Source: Hungateiclostridiaceae bacterium UBA1305 | GTDB taxonomy: Bacteria; Bacillota; Clostridia; Acetivibrionales; DTU013 | Length of the DNA stretch: 64,000 nucleotides | Reading direction: 5' to 3' | Assembly: GCA_002307275.1 (NCBI GenBank) | Contig: DBTX01000008.1 | Span: forward strand, 36,079-100,078 | In this document: positions 64,000 to 64,000 of the stretch, one piece after another | How the letters are laid out: every line of letters begins with the position of its first letter | Numbering within the stretch: the stretch's first letter is position 1 | Notes under the pieces: generated by a model | What the model was told of the DNA's origin: nothing | The model's database searches: none | The model's input: the letters and a program-made list of their open reading frames with translations, nothing else | Program-made: the position numbers and the translations under genes

Positions 64000-64000
64000 G

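Overview
Chromosomal window from an anaerobic, Acetivibrio/Ruminiclostridium-like clostridium, judged by adhE with Rex boxes, an mdh-malic enzyme pair and an SLH protein. I saw no rRNA, tRNA, CRISPR array, integrase or transposase. Main blocks in order: (1) a MalT-like STAND regulator running off the left edge, divergent from a Cys-rich small ORF and a 2968-aa SLH-anchored multidomain surface protein; (2) Gfo/Idh/MocA-ThuA-AraC; (3) a YjbR-WYL-PNPOx-DUF3795 unit with two identically built WYL-type promoters; (4) a peptidoglycan cluster (non-DNPR MurE, CapA-VanX fusion, D,D-carboxypeptidase, MurJ-like flippase, FemABX, D-Asp ligase-like ATP-grasp); (5) adhE; (6) an AT-rich SipW locus with four SipW-class substrates, a DUF5305-like protein and a NarL-type two-component system, my best candidate for a little-described TasA-like fibre system; (7) ABC exporter, mdh/malic enzyme, orphan response regulator, TPM/LemA, RecQ; (8) a MerR-led pair of truncated MutS-like ATPases, a Phd-Uma2 fusion, YjbQ and a partial GH31. 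A modular intergenic repeat occurs in 3-4 copies and several short gene remnants are present. All family calls come from reading motifs by eye, not from database searches.
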